Shown: piece after piece, positions 29,170-39,579 of the stretch | Numbering within the stretch: position 1 is the stretch's first letter | How the letters are laid out: every line of letters begins with the position of its first letter | Assembly: GCA_016931275.1 (NCBI GenBank) | Contig: JAFGFA010000018.1 | Coordinates: 6,492-70,491 of the forward strand | Source: Parachlamydiales bacterium | GTDB taxonomy: Bacteria; Chlamydiota; Chlamydiia; Chlamydiales; SM23-39 | Direction of reading: 5' to 3' | Length of the DNA stretch: 64,000 bases | Notes under the pieces: generated by a model | The model's input: the letters and a program-made list of their open reading frames with translations, nothing else | Databases searched by the model: none | What the model was told of the DNA's origin: nothing | Translations under genes and position numbers: made by a program

Positions 29170-31314
29170 TTATCGTTCTTCTTTAGACAGAGGAGAAAGA
29201 TGGGCATACTGGGCTACTAGAGAGCGAGGAATCCGTTCTCCTACAAATAAAATATCATAGGTAAGACCAAAACTGGTGTGATATGTTTTAACAATTTTGC
29301 CGTGGCCAAAAGCTGTATGTAGGACATGATTTCCTACCTCAAATTCTCCTTCTATGGAGTTAGAAGGCTCTCGGCGGTCTTCTAAAAAGGGTTCTGGGTC
29401 TTTTTCTACGATATCTATTAAATCCTGCGGAAGTTCTTTGAGAAAACGGGAGGGTTGTAGAAAATGATGTCCTCCCCATAAAAGACGGGATGCAGATGCT
29501 GTGAGACAAAGGTGTTCTTTTGCCCGCGTCATCCCCACATAACAAAGGCGCCTTTCTTCTTCTAATTGAAAAGAAGAGCTCTTGGCATTGACGTGGGGAA
29601 AAAGATCTTCTTCCAGTCCAGCGATAAAAACAACGGGGAATTCTAATCCTTTTCCATTATGCAAGGTCATCAATTTTAAGGCATCCCCCTTGTCCTTTTG
29701 AGCAACTCCGCTAACCAAGGATAGTTCTTCGAGAAAGTGAAAGAGCGAAGACCGGGTTTCTTTTTCATCAAATAAAATAGTTTTTGCGATCAGCTGTTCG
29801 ATATTTTCTTTTCTGTCTTCATAAGTGGCCATGTCTTCTTTAAGGTAAGAATAATACTCTGTAATGCTTAGGGCTTTTTGGAGAATTTCTGTGCACTTTG
29901 CCTCGTTATAGATTGTTTGCTGAATTTCCTGCATGATCCGAAGATAGTCAGAGAATCCTTGGATCTGTTTTTTCCCCAGCTGATCGGAATAGGGAGAAGG
30001 AGAGGTGATAAATTTTTCGATAAAATGCAGGATCGAACAATTTTCGGAAGAGACCCAAAGGAGCAGTTTTTCCAAACTGGTTGTTCCAATACCTCTTTTG
30101 GGAATATTAATCGTTCGTTTAAAGGAAAGAACATCTGTAGGACTGAGCGCTAGTCGTAAAAAGGAGAGAATATCCTTAATTTCTTTTCGTTGATAAAAAG
30201 AAATTCCTCCATAAATAGTATAAGGAATTTTCTTGGACAGAAGGATGTCTTCAAACACGCGAGATTGGGCGTTCGTTCGATAAAAGATGACTATTTCCTG
30301 TAAAGGAATTTTTTTTGCCTTATGATACTGTTCTATTTGTTCTATAATAAAGCGGGCTTCGTCTTGTTCCGTTTGTGCAAAGAATAGTTTAATTTTTTCT
30401 CCGGGCCCGGAGGTGCTCCATAGATTTTTTTCATGGCGGTTTTCATTATTTTGAATAAGAGTATTTGCGGCTTTTAAAATATTACCAGAACTTCGATAAT
30501 TCTGTTCTAAATGGATCACTTGAGCCTTGGCGAAATCTTTGTCAAATCGGAGGATATTTTCATACTGAGCTCCACGCCATGAATAGATGGATTGATCGGG
30601 ATCTCCCACAACAAAAATATTGTGATGAAGGGCCGCAAGAGATTTTGTAAGAATATACTGAGCGTAATTTGTATCTTGATATTCATCGACTAGAATAAAA
30701 AGAAATCGATTTTGGTATAATTTTTTTATGTCGGGAAAACGCTCAAATAAAATATGGGGATATAAGAGAAGATCATCGAAATCCAGAGCATTATAGTCAC
30801 GTAATTTTTTTTGATAAAGAGGGTATGTTTGTGAAAAAGCTCTTTCGAAGGGTGTTTTTATCGGTGTTTGACACTCTTCAGGAAGCTGAAGATTATTTTT
30901 AGCTCTTGATATTTCGTTTTTAATGTTTTTGAGCATATTTTCTTTAATATTAAGCTCTTTGAGACAGTCTCGCAGTAATTTTAAACTGTCATCCTCATCA
31001 TAAATAGCAAAGGATGGAGAAAAACCTAAAGGAGCGATAGATTCCCGTAATATGCGAGCTCCTAAGCTGTGAAATGTGCAGGCAAGTATGGAAATTTTCG
31101 TTAAGGCAAATATCCTTTCCTGCATCTCTTCAGCGGCTTTGTTCGTAAAAGTTACCGCTAAAATATGCTCTGGCATAATTCCCATATGAATAAGGTGGGC
31201 AATACGGTAGGTGACAACACGGGTTTTCCCCGAGCCAGCGCCTGCAATCACTAACATAGGACCATGGATATGTTCCACAGCCGTTTTTTGAGGGATATTT
31301 AAAAGGGAAGACAT
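29170..31314 (-). CDS. uvrD: ATP-dependent DNA helicase UvrD/PcrA
   Basis: AGAGSGKT, TFTNKAA, VDEYQDTN, VGDPDQSIY, LEQNYRS, MTLHNGKGLEF, EERRLCYVGMTRA. Confidence 0.97.
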   Translation of the reverse strand: MSSLLNIPQKTAVEHIHGPMLVIAGAGSGKTRVVTYRIAHLIHMGIMPEHILAVTFTNKAAEEMQERIFALTKISILACTFHSLGARILRESIAPLGFSPSFAIYDEDDSLKLLRDCLKELNIKENMLKNIKNEISRAKNNLQLPEECQTPIKTPFERAFSQTYPLYQKKLRDYNALDFDDLLLYPHILFERFPDIKKLYQNRFLFILVDEYQDTNYAQYILTKSLAALHHNIFVVGDPDQSIYSWRGAQYENILRFDKDFAKAQVIHLEQNYRSSGNILKAANTLIQNNENRHEKNLWSTSGPGEKIKLFFAQTEQDEARFIIEQIEQYHKAKKIPLQEIVIFYRTNAQSRVFEDILLSKKIPYTIYGGISFYQRKEIKDILSFLRLALSPTDVLSFKRTINIPKRGIGTTSLEKLLLWVSSENCSILHFIEKFITSPSPYSDQLGKKQIQGFSDYLRIMQEIQQTIYNEAKCTEILQKALSITEYYSYLKEDMATYEDRKENIEQLIAKTILFDEKETRSSLFHFLEELSLVSGVAQKDKGDALKLMTLHNGKGLEFPVVFIAGLEEDLFPHVNAKSSSFQLEEERRLCYVGMTRAKEHLCLTASASRLLWGGHHFLQPSRFLKELPQDLIDIVEKDPEPFLEDRREPSNSIEGEFEVGNHVLHTAFGHGKIVKTYHTSFGLTYDILFVGERIPRSLVAQYAHLSPLSKEER

Positions 31315-31317
31315 ACA

Positions 31318-34300
31318 TCAATAGGGGGGTTTTCGCAATTCTCCTTCTCTAGGAGAGAGATTGCCATATCGTTCATATTCACAACTAATAGTACATTCCC
31401 GTAAATAGTGTAATAGTTCTAATCTGCCATTAGCTAATACGGAATCGGTAGCAATAAAAGTCATCGAAGCCGCCGCCGCTTCTTTCACTAAATAAGAAGG
31501 AGGAGTAAGCATCCGGATCAGTTCAAAATCTTCTTTTCGTATTCGACTAATAAATTGATCTTCCGGTTCATCATAAATTTTGAGAAAAGAAGACATATTG
31601 AACCAATCAATGGAAGAAGGGATTTGAGCATCAAAACTGATTTGTAAAGCGGCTTTACATGTAAGAGCCGCTGCAATAACTCTAAGATAATCAAGAGTAG
31701 GCGCTTTTTCTTCTATACGCAGGATAATTTTTTTCTTGGGAACATAGCCAAATAAATTATCCTGACCGATGATTTTTGAGGGATCTCTAAACTGTTTCAT
31801 GCGATGCCACCAAAAAGAATAATTTGCCACACTGCTGTACCACAGTCCTAAATCCTCTGCATTGAGTTCCAGTTTTTCAAGGAAGCTTGTCAGCCGGTTA
31901 ACCTCTTCTGAAACAGGCCTTTTTTGCTGAGGAAGAGATGTTTGTCGTGCATGCATGCATCCTTTAAGAAAATTAGGCCCTCCAGTTTTATAACCATGAC
32001 CAAAGGAGCTTTTTTTTATTCCCCCAAAAGGCTCTCGTCGAATAGAAGAACTGGTCATGCTTTTATTAATATAGAAATTTCCAACTTCGATCTTTTTTTG
32101 CCATTGATATTGCTCTTGGGGATCCAAGGATTGAATGCCTGCTGAGAGACTAAAGGGAATTTGCGCTGCAATATCTAAAGCATCGCGAAAATTTTTAGCT
32201 CTTACCAGAGAAAGAACCGGTCCAAGACAAGGCGTTCGAAAAGAAAAACTTTTCGGAGAGGATCCCATTTTAATGCCGGGGGACCACAAGTAGGGATGAT
32301 GATTGGTAAGGGTCGGTTGTAAAAGCCATTTTTCTCCAGTATCTAATTCCGTGAGGCTTTTTTTTATCGTTACTTCGGGAAAATTGATTAAAGAAGGTAT
32401 TTGAGTTTCTAAATTCCAGGAAGGCCCTGCGATCAAACTTAGGGCTGCCTCTTTGAGGTTTTCGAGAAATTGTATGTCATTATAGACTTCTTCTTCCAAA
32501 ATAGCTAGAGAAGTAGACCCATATTTTTGTCCGCTGTATCCAAAAGCAGACTCGACCAATTCCTTGATCGCCCGATCCTTATCGGCCATAGCTGTGATGA
32601 TCATAGCGTTATTGCCGTGAGTAATTGCCGTAAGGTCTATCTGAGGGTTGATATGCAAGAATTTATGTGCTGTGGACGATTTTCCCGTTAGAATAATAGA
32701 AGAGATTCGGCGATCGGGAATAATATGGGTTTCTGTAATATCTTGTGTGCAATGGATTAATTGTAAGGCTTCTTTAGGAACGTTTGCATCCCACATGGCC
32801 TGGGCTATGTAACTTCCAACTAGAGCTGCTTCCGGAGCGGGTTTGAAAATAGCGCAGTTTCCTGTAATCAGAGCGGCAATGATACTACTAGTGGGAGCTG
32901 AGCAGGGAAAACTTCGTGAAGAGATGATCCAAAAGGTTCCTTTAGGCTCCCATTCTATATCTTTTATGGCTAAAAACTTCTCCATGCGAATGCGATAATA
33001 TTCGATCGTGTCAATTGCTTCGCAAACTTCTGCATCCGCTTCGGGGAGGATTTTTCCAACATCGGTCACAAGGGCAGCAATAAGATCATCTCGGCGAGCC
33101 CGAAAATTTTGAGCGATGTCGTTAATAATTTTGACCTTGTCTGCATAATTTACAGCTTTCCATGTCTTTTCATATTCTTTAGCGCATTGTATCGCCATAT
33201 CGACATCTTCTGAGGAAGCAAGCGCATAATGATAAAATGGAATCTCAGGAGAGGAGATGTTGTAGCCGAGGCCGGTATTGTCTGAGATGATCTCTTTTCC
33301 TCCTATTTGTAAGGGAAGGGTATTCGGCTTTAGATGTTTGCATTTTTCCAATAGGTTACAGGCCCAGCGTCGATTTTCTCTTTGAGAAAAATCCGTGTGA
33401 GGCTCATTAGAAAAAATCGTATATTTCTCAATTTTTGCAGGAGGATGTAATCGATTTTGTTTATGTCTAGGAGTTGATTCTAATGAGGATATCCACTGAA
33501 AGCTTTCGGAAAACATCGCTGTTTGTTCCTCCCAAAATTTTGTGTGAGGATATAAAAAGGGGAAATGCCGCAAGAAACTCTCGGGAGAGGAATGTGCGTC
33601 AATGGTTCTGAGAAGGTAAGGGACTGTGTTGGTCAGCTCGGATTCATGGGAAATCTTGGGAGTAAAAAGAATGGTGCGGTGAAGAAAAAATTGCTCTGCA
33701 ATCCTTCGTATATAAGGAAAAATTCCAGCCTGCATTTCTAAATAGACATAGGATAGAACACCGTTTTCATGCGCCAAAAGAAGCGCATAAGCAATATCAA
33801 AAATGTTATGCGTTGCGATTCCTAAGTGGACCATTCGAATATTTTCGGGGAGCATTCCATAAGAGACCATTTTTTTAAAATGAGCGTCTGTCAGCACTTT
33901 AGAAAGAAAAGGAGCTTGGGGCCAGTCGTTTTTTGATGCTTTTATTTGTTCCTCTCCTAAATAGGCTCCCTTTACTAGAGATATTTTAATGGGGCTGCCT
34001 CCATTTTGTACGCGTTCTTTCGCCCATTGCGTAAGTTGAGTTTGAATAGGAAATGACTCCGGCAAATATGCCTGAAGAGTAATCCCTGCATAGGTATTAA
34101 TAAATTCTGCTTCCGATAAGAGATCTTGAAAAACAGTTACGGTTAGGTCGAGATAGGTATGTGAATCCATTTCAAAGTTTATAAAAGTAGGCTTTTTATG
34201 ACCCTCGGGTGTGATGATGAAATTTCTGTTGGCAGCCTCTAAGAGGAGGCGAAGAGTACTTTTAATTCTGGGAAGGATGGCTTCTTGGGCAGAAAGATGA

Positions 34301-34929
34301 AAAAGAGGATGTAATAGATTGATTTTGATGGAGACGTATTCAATAGAAGGATTGGAAATATGATCAAGATAGTTTTCAATATGTTTGCGAGCCTGTTTTT
34401 TGCCATAGGTCGCTTCTCCCGTTTCCGCAATCGAGATCACGACTTTTTCTTTTTTCCAGCCATTAAGATATTTTAAAAGATGGGTATAATTACCAATAAA
34501 AATGAATTCAGAGATTTTTTTTTGAAGGGTTCTTAAATAAGAGGAAAAGAAAAATTTTGGTAGGATTTTTCCGAAAGCGTGTAACAAAAACAAGGTGATT
34601 TGTTCTTTGTAGGAAAAAGAAGGAAGGATGCCGTAGCGTATAGAGATATTGATCATTTGTTCGATCACGCGATTTTTAGAAGAGGGTCGAAAAACCTGAT
34701 CTAGGATTGCTAAGAGGAGGCATCGGCTTTGAGGATCATGAAATAGGGCATGAATTTTTTTGAGCCGATGCTTTTCTTTCGGAGTAATAATACTATGTAC
34801 TTCTTTCATCAAAAGATCCGCTAATTCTATCGCTGCTGCTTTTCTTTCCTCTTGTAAAAGGGGGGTTTTTGCAGCCTCTTTGAGAAGATGATGGGCTTGT
34901 TCCAGATATAGGGATTTTTTTATGGGCAT
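31318..34929 (-). CDS. putA: PutA-like (proline dehydrogenase + P5C dehydrogenase) protein with degenerate active sites
   Basis: LQAYLP, LVKGAY, ATHN, EVCEAID, KPAPE, SAFGYSGQK, GPVL, EPFGG, GQDN. Catalytic positions are substituted (see findings). ORF intact, 1203 aa. Confidence 0.85.
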   Translation of the reverse strand: MPIKKSLYLEQAHHLLKEAAKTPLLQEERKAAAIELADLLMKEVHSIITPKEKHRLKKIHALFHDPQSRCLLLAILDQVFRPSSKNRVIEQMINISIRYGILPSFSYKEQITLFLLHAFGKILPKFFFSSYLRTLQKKISEFIFIGNYTHLLKYLNGWKKEKVVISIAETGEATYGKKQARKHIENYLDHISNPSIEYVSIKINLLHPLFHLSAQEAILPRIKSTLRLLLEAANRNFIITPEGHKKPTFINFEMDSHTYLDLTVTVFQDLLSEAEFINTYAGITLQAYLPESFPIQTQLTQWAKERVQNGGSPIKISLVKGAYLGEEQIKASKNDWPQAPFLSKVLTDAHFKKMVSYGMLPENIRMVHLGIATHNIFDIAYALLLAHENGVLSYVYLEMQAGIFPYIRRIAEQFFLHRTILFTPKISHESELTNTVPYLLRTIDAHSSPESFLRHFPFLYPHTKFWEEQTAMFSESFQWISSLESTPRHKQNRLHPPAKIEKYTIFSNEPHTDFSQRENRRWACNLLEKCKHLKPNTLPLQIGGKEIISDNTGLGYNISSPEIPFYHYALASSEDVDMAIQCAKEYEKTWKAVNYADKVKIINDIAQNFRARRDDLIAALVTDVGKILPEADAEVCEAIDTIEYYRIRMEKFLAIKDIEWEPKGTFWIISSRSFPCSAPTSSIIAALITGNCAIFKPAPEAALVGSYIAQAMWDANVPKEALQLIHCTQDITETHIIPDRRISSIILTGKSSTAHKFLHINPQIDLTAITHGNNAMIITAMADKDRAIKELVESAFGYSGQKYGSTSLAILEEEVYNDIQFLENLKEAALSLIAGPSWNLETQIPSLINFPEVTIKKSLTELDTGEKWLLQPTLTNHHPYLWSPGIKMGSSPKSFSFRTPCLGPVLSLVRAKNFRDALDIAAQIPFSLSAGIQSLDPQEQYQWQKKIEVGNFYINKSMTSSSIRREPFGGIKKSSFGHGYKTGGPNFLKGCMHARQTSLPQQKRPVSEEVNRLTSFLEKLELNAEDLGLWYSSVANYSFWWHRMKQFRDPSKIIGQDNLFGYVPKKKIILRIEEKAPTLDYLRVIAAALTCKAALQISFDAQIPSSIDWFNMSSFLKIYDEPEDQFISRIRKEDFELIRMLTPPSYLVKEAAAASMTFIATDSVLANGRLELLHYLRECTISCEYERYGNLSPREGELRKPPY

Positions 34930-35020
34930 ATAAGTATTGTTCCATTGAATACAGATTTCAAATTTAGCAGATTTTTGTCGAATTCTCTATTGAAATTTTC
35001 AGAAAGAAGTATCAGAAAAA

Positions 35021-36022
35021 TTAATGAGAGATTCTTTTAGGCTTCAGGTGGAGCCGTTCCCATAAGGAGGCAGGTTCTTGACTAATGCGCCATAGAGCAA
35101 CGGAAACAATATGTTCTTCTTCATAGAGAGAAAGTTTTGTCCCTAGGCTTTGGATATCTTCAAAATAAACAACGGCATCCACGGTTTGCTGAAAACAGAA
35201 AAAAGGGCTTTGATCCTTGTCTCTTTCTACAATAGAAGAATGCTGTTTCCACAGATCTAACGTTTGAAAATACTTGAGAGCGCGGGCGATCGTCTGTTTT
35301 TGCCATATTCGTCCATAAAGGGGAATTCCTATCACTAATTTTTCTGGAGGAATATTCTTTTTTGCATAGTTTAGTACCTTGGAACACCAAGGTAGAGAAG
35401 CAATTGTTCCTGGAGAGGCAGAGCGTCCATGTTCATCGTAGGCCATTACAATGACCCTGTCGACGATAGAAACAATTTTGGGATAGTCGTAGGCATTGTT
35501 CATGGAGCAGGTTTGTGGAGGGACTGTAACACTAAAAATTTTTTCGTGAGGAATTCTGTTTTTAATTTCTTGAAGAAATTGAGTCAAAGCTTCTTTTTCT
35601 TCCGGACGGATCGATTCAAAATTAATTTGAATGCCATCAAAAGAGGAAGCTATTTGTACAATGTCTTGGATAAGGTTCTCTCTAGTAAGAGGATCCTGTT
35701 TGAGGCACCAGTACATTAACGATCGGTTATAAGGAGAAGAGATTACGCAGTGAATACGTGTGTTCGGTGGAAGAAAAGGGCGGATTTTTTCCGGAAGAGG
35801 AGTTCGTCCTATTCTGCCGATTTCATTAACGGAAGCACTAAAATACGCTGCATCGGAAATAGCATGATTGCTTTTGATAAAATGTTCTTCTCCTTGAAAA
35901 ACATAGGCCCAAATTTCATGAAAGGAAAAGGATCTCTGATTAGGAGGAAGAATTGTTGCCGTTAAGGAAGAATTTTGTAAGAACAAAAAAACGGTAAGGA
36001 TCCGTCGATAAAAAGTATTCAT
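35021..36022 (-). CDS. Exported GH18-family protein (YaaH/SleL-like)
   Basis: Signal peptide, FDGIQINFE, AYDY, MAYDEH, PGTIASLPW, IPPEKLVIGIPLYG, ALWRI. Confidence 0.8.
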   Translation of the reverse strand: MNTFYRRILTVFLFLQNSSLTATILPPNQRSFSFHEIWAYVFQGEEHFIKSNHAISDAAYFSASVNEIGRIGRTPLPEKIRPFLPPNTRIHCVISSPYNRSLMYWCLKQDPLTRENLIQDIVQIASSFDGIQINFESIRPEEKEALTQFLQEIKNRIPHEKIFSVTVPPQTCSMNNAYDYPKIVSIVDRVIVMAYDEHGRSASPGTIASLPWCSKVLNYAKKNIPPEKLVIGIPLYGRIWQKQTIARALKYFQTLDLWKQHSSIVERDKDQSPFFCFQQTVDAVVYFEDIQSLGTKLSLYEEEHIVSVALWRISQEPASLWERLHLKPKRISH

Positions 36023-36246
36023 AACTGTCTAAAAATTATTGTATGCAGCAAATTTTATGTAAGGAAAGATTTTTGAACAATATCTTCTTGTAACGCATCC
36101 TCTCTTGAAATATACAAAAACTTGAGAAAAGAGTTGATTCCTTCTGTAGAAAAATTTTTTGGAGGGATGTTCTTGTTTTTTCTCTCCCGGGTTTAATCAT
36201 GCTCCTGATAAACTATTCTCAATAGAATATATTTGTTAAGGTGTTT

Positions 36247-36555
36247 ATGAAAAAATTATTTTTAATGATGATTCTATCCTCTAGTGCTGTTTTTGCTGCC
36301 TTGCCTCCTTTTTATCAAAGCTCTAAGGAAATTATGGCAATCCTCTCCTCGGAAGAATTGCATAATGCTCTTGGCAGCGGGGAGATCATTCAAAAAATCA
36401 CGCGTAATTCTCGAGGATATACAGTTATTTCAGGGCGTTATTGTATAGAGGTCGATGTGGAATACATTCCCAGAGAGATGATAGGTCCCGTTGCTTTCGA
36501 TTTGCATTTTCATGATCCTGTCCCTCTGCAACGCGGTTTTTCAACAAAACGCTGA
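36247..36555 (+). CDS. Small exported hypothetical protein
   Basis: Signal peptide MKKLFLMMILSSSAVFA, then ALPPFYQS; RBS AAGG. Confidence 0.7.
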   Translation: MKKLFLMMILSSSAVFAALPPFYQSSKEIMAILSSEELHNALGSGEIIQKITRNSRGYTVISGRYCIEVDVEYIPREMIGPVAFDLHFHDPVPLQRGFSTKR

Positions 36556-36567
36556 GCTTGATACTGA

Positions 36568-38214
36568 TCAGATTTGTTGCTTCCAAAAAGAAGGAATGAA
36601 AAGTAGCAGTAGAGAGAAAAACTCCAGTCGTCCTAAGAGCATCCAGAAAATGGATATAATTTTCGATAAAGAAGGAAGAAAAGCAAAGCTTTCCGTCGGG
36701 CCGGCAGCGCGAAAGGCCATTCCTATATTATTCATCATACAGGCAATAGATCCTAAAGAAGTGTCAGGATCTATTCCATCGTATACCATTCCTACTGTTC
36801 CTAAAACAGTAAAAAAAATAACAATGCAAAAATAGACGAGTACCGTCATTGCAATATTAGGAGAAATTTCACTCTCTCCGATTTTAAGTTTTTTAATGGT
36901 TTCCGGGCGAACGATCGAAGTAATTTTATAGGCAATAATTTTATAGAGAATGAAAATACGAGAGGTTTTAATTCCGCCGGCTGTTGAACCGGACATACCT
37001 CCTATGAACATAAGGATAAGCATGATGAGTTGGGAAAACAAAGGCCATCGGTCGTAATTGGCCGTGGAAAAACCGGTCGAAGTCTGTGCAGAGACCGCTT
37101 GAAAAGAACCTTCCCTTATGGCACTCGATAAAGTATAGGTGGACTGAGCGCCGTTTAGCAAAATTTGTTTTTGACCGATGAGAGGAAGAGAGACAAAAAG
37201 AGATCCAAGAACGATAATGAGCAGAAAAAACAGAAAATCAGGTTCATAAATACGATATAGTCTTCTTCGGACGAGATGAAAATATAAGGAGAAGTTCACG
37301 CTTCCTAAAATCATAAACAAGATCACGATCCATTCGGTGTGTATGTTTGCATAACTTCCAATGCTTTCGTTTCTGACGCCGAATCCTCCTGTAGATAAAG
37401 TAGAAAAGGTAATGCAAAAAGCATCAAAAAGAGGCATTTTTTCATTTGTCCATATAAGAAGGTAAATTTCAATAATTGTTGCTGCAAGATAGAGCTTCCA
37501 TAAAATTGAGGCGGTCTCTTTAATTCTAGGCGTCAGAGTCTCTTTTGTGGGGCCGGGGACTTCCATTTCATATAAGAATTTCCCTCCGACGGCCAGAGCC
37601 GGTAAAATAGCTATAAAAAGAACCACAATACCCATCCCTCCTAGCCATTGTATAAAGCTTCGCCAGAAAAGAATACCCCTGCTGACTGCTTCTATTCCGG
37701 TTTTTACAACCAGCTTGGTGTGGGGATCTTTGATGGGTTTGATCGTTCCATAATAGGTGTATGTTTTTTCCGGAAAATGAATGTTCGTATTGTAGAGAGG
37801 AATTTCTTTTCCTGATGGATCATAGGCTTTGGCGCACATGGTGCTTGCGCCGGTGGTCGTCAGTCCCGACATGGCTTCAAAATAACAGTCGATAGGATTT
37901 TCTAAAGTTTTGGAAAAATAAAAGGGAAGGGCACTGATAAAGGCAGAAAAAAACCATATAAGGACCACTAAGACAATACTTTCTCTGCGAGAGATATTGC
38001 CCTCAGCTTTTTCTCCAAAAAAAGAAAACAACGCGGAGAGGATAATGCATATGATGATTGTCGTAATGAAGGATACCCATGATGAGGGTTGAGGATAGTC
38101 TTGATGAGAAACAATGAAATCGTAATAAAGAGCCACTCCAAGAGGAATGGTTAAAACAATGGTAAAATATTTGAGATATTTACCTAATATTCGAAAAATC
38201 TCTTTGTAGAGCAC
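36568..38214 (-). CDS. trkH: Trk potassium uptake membrane subunit
   Basis: FEAMSGLTTTGA, QWLGGMGI, STLSTGGF, TSTGF, GGMSGSTAGGIK, MLLGRLE; GTG start. Confidence 0.94.
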   Translation of the reverse strand: MLYKEIFRILGKYLKYFTIVLTIPLGVALYYDFIVSHQDYPQPSSWVSFITTIIICIILSALFSFFGEKAEGNISRRESIVLVVLIWFFSAFISALPFYFSKTLENPIDCYFEAMSGLTTTGASTMCAKAYDPSGKEIPLYNTNIHFPEKTYTYYGTIKPIKDPHTKLVVKTGIEAVSRGILFWRSFIQWLGGMGIVVLFIAILPALAVGGKFLYEMEVPGPTKETLTPRIKETASILWKLYLAATIIEIYLLIWTNEKMPLFDAFCITFSTLSTGGFGVRNESIGSYANIHTEWIVILFMILGSVNFSLYFHLVRRRLYRIYEPDFLFFLLIIVLGSLFVSLPLIGQKQILLNGAQSTYTLSSAIREGSFQAVSAQTSTGFSTANYDRWPLFSQLIMLILMFIGGMSGSTAGGIKTSRIFILYKIIAYKITSIVRPETIKKLKIGESEISPNIAMTVLVYFCIVIFFTVLGTVGMVYDGIDPDTSLGSIACMMNNIGMAFRAAGPTESFAFLPSLSKIISIFWMLLGRLEFFSLLLLFIPSFWKQQI

Positions 38215-38223
38215 AAAGGTACC

Positions 38224-39579
38224 TCAAAAAATTTCCTGTATTTCATGCATATGTTTCGGGCTTGTAATTAAGATGATCGTATCGTTCGGAGAGAGAATAC
38301 GATTTCCTTTGCCAATCATCACCCGTCCGCGATTTTCTATCGCGGCTATAATCAATTCTTTAGGCAAGTCAGCGCTAAGTTGTGAAAGAGGAATGCCGAG
38401 CAAAGGAGAATCCGAAGAGATTTTCATTTCTAATACTTGTGCTTGATTGTCACACAAAGAGGCGATAGAAATAATAGATTCTGCATGAAGGATCGACAAT
38501 ACTTTATTGGCTACGCTAACCCTTTCAGAGAGAGAGACGGTAATATCTAAACTACGCAATATAGGGCCGATCGAAATATCTGAAATGAGAGAAATAATTT
38601 TTTTGCAACCCGTTTTTTTGCCTAATAAAGAAAGAAGAGCATTGGTTTCATCATTTGAAGTGGAGCAAATGAGTATGTCGGCATTATACACTTGCTTTTC
38701 TTGTAAGAATTTCAAGTCTAATCCATTATGATTAATAATCTGTGTGTTCGTTAAAAGATTGGCCAGTTCTTGACAACGCATTTCTTCCTTTTCAATAATG
38801 GTGACGGTAATATTCATTTTTTCTAAAATTCGAGCTAACTGAACGGCAACACGGTTGCCTCCGATCATCACAATATTTTTTGGAGAAGTATGGGGTATGG
38901 GGAAAATGGTGTGCAAGTCGAGCATGGCCTTCGTTTCTCCAATCACGGTGATCTCATCATTATGTAGAATGTGATCATGCCCATGAGGAAAAATAATCAT
39001 CTCTTTTTTTGTTTTAGGATCTATACGACGAATTAAACTGATTAAAATTTCATCGGGTAAAGAGAGCTCGCTAATGGGAAGATGTTCTTTATTCCATTCT
39101 TTGGAGACGATACAAGAACGCATTTGGATAATTCCATGAGCAAAATTTTCCACGGCAAGATCATCAGGACGGATAATGCTTTTTAAAATATCATAGGCTG
39201 TGAGCATTTCAGAGCCAATAAAATAGTCCACATAAAAAAGGCGACTAAAATCAAGCCGAGATCGTTTGAGATAACCGATTTCTTTAATACGGGCGATGGT
39301 CTGGGGATATCCTAAATTTTTGGCAATAGAACAGGCGACAAGATTGGTCTCATCATCTCCTGTCATAGCAATAAAACAATCAGGGGCATTTTCGATAAGA
39401 GTGTCTAATAATTTCCATTCTGCACCATATCCATGTAATGTAGCGACATCCGTCTGTTGTTGTAGTCGTTCTAAATTTTTGATCTCTTTATCAATGACCG
39501 TTACATTATGTTCTTCGTCGGAAAGAACTGCCGCTAGATGTGAGCCGATATCTCCTGCACCTAAAATGACAATATTCAT
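38224..39579 (-). CDS. trkA: Trk potassium uptake NAD-binding subunit (tandem RCK)
   Basis: MNIVILGAGDIG, TGDDETNL, second RCK unit IGGNRVA..DETN; ATGA overlap with the upstream gene. Confidence 0.93.
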   Translation of the reverse strand: MNIVILGAGDIGSHLAAVLSDEEHNVTVIDKEIKNLERLQQQTDVATLHGYGAEWKLLDTLIENAPDCFIAMTGDDETNLVACSIAKNLGYPQTIARIKEIGYLKRSRLDFSRLFYVDYFIGSEMLTAYDILKSIIRPDDLAVENFAHGIIQMRSCIVSKEWNKEHLPISELSLPDEILISLIRRIDPKTKKEMIIFPHGHDHILHNDEITVIGETKAMLDLHTIFPIPHTSPKNIVMIGGNRVAVQLARILEKMNITVTIIEKEEMRCQELANLLTNTQIINHNGLDLKFLQEKQVYNADILICSTSNDETNALLSLLGKKTGCKKIISLISDISIGPILRSLDITVSLSERVSVANKVLSILHAESIISIASLCDNQAQVLEMKISSDSPLLGIPLSQLSADLPKELIIAAIENRGRVMIGKGNRILSPNDTIILITSPKHMHEIQEIF

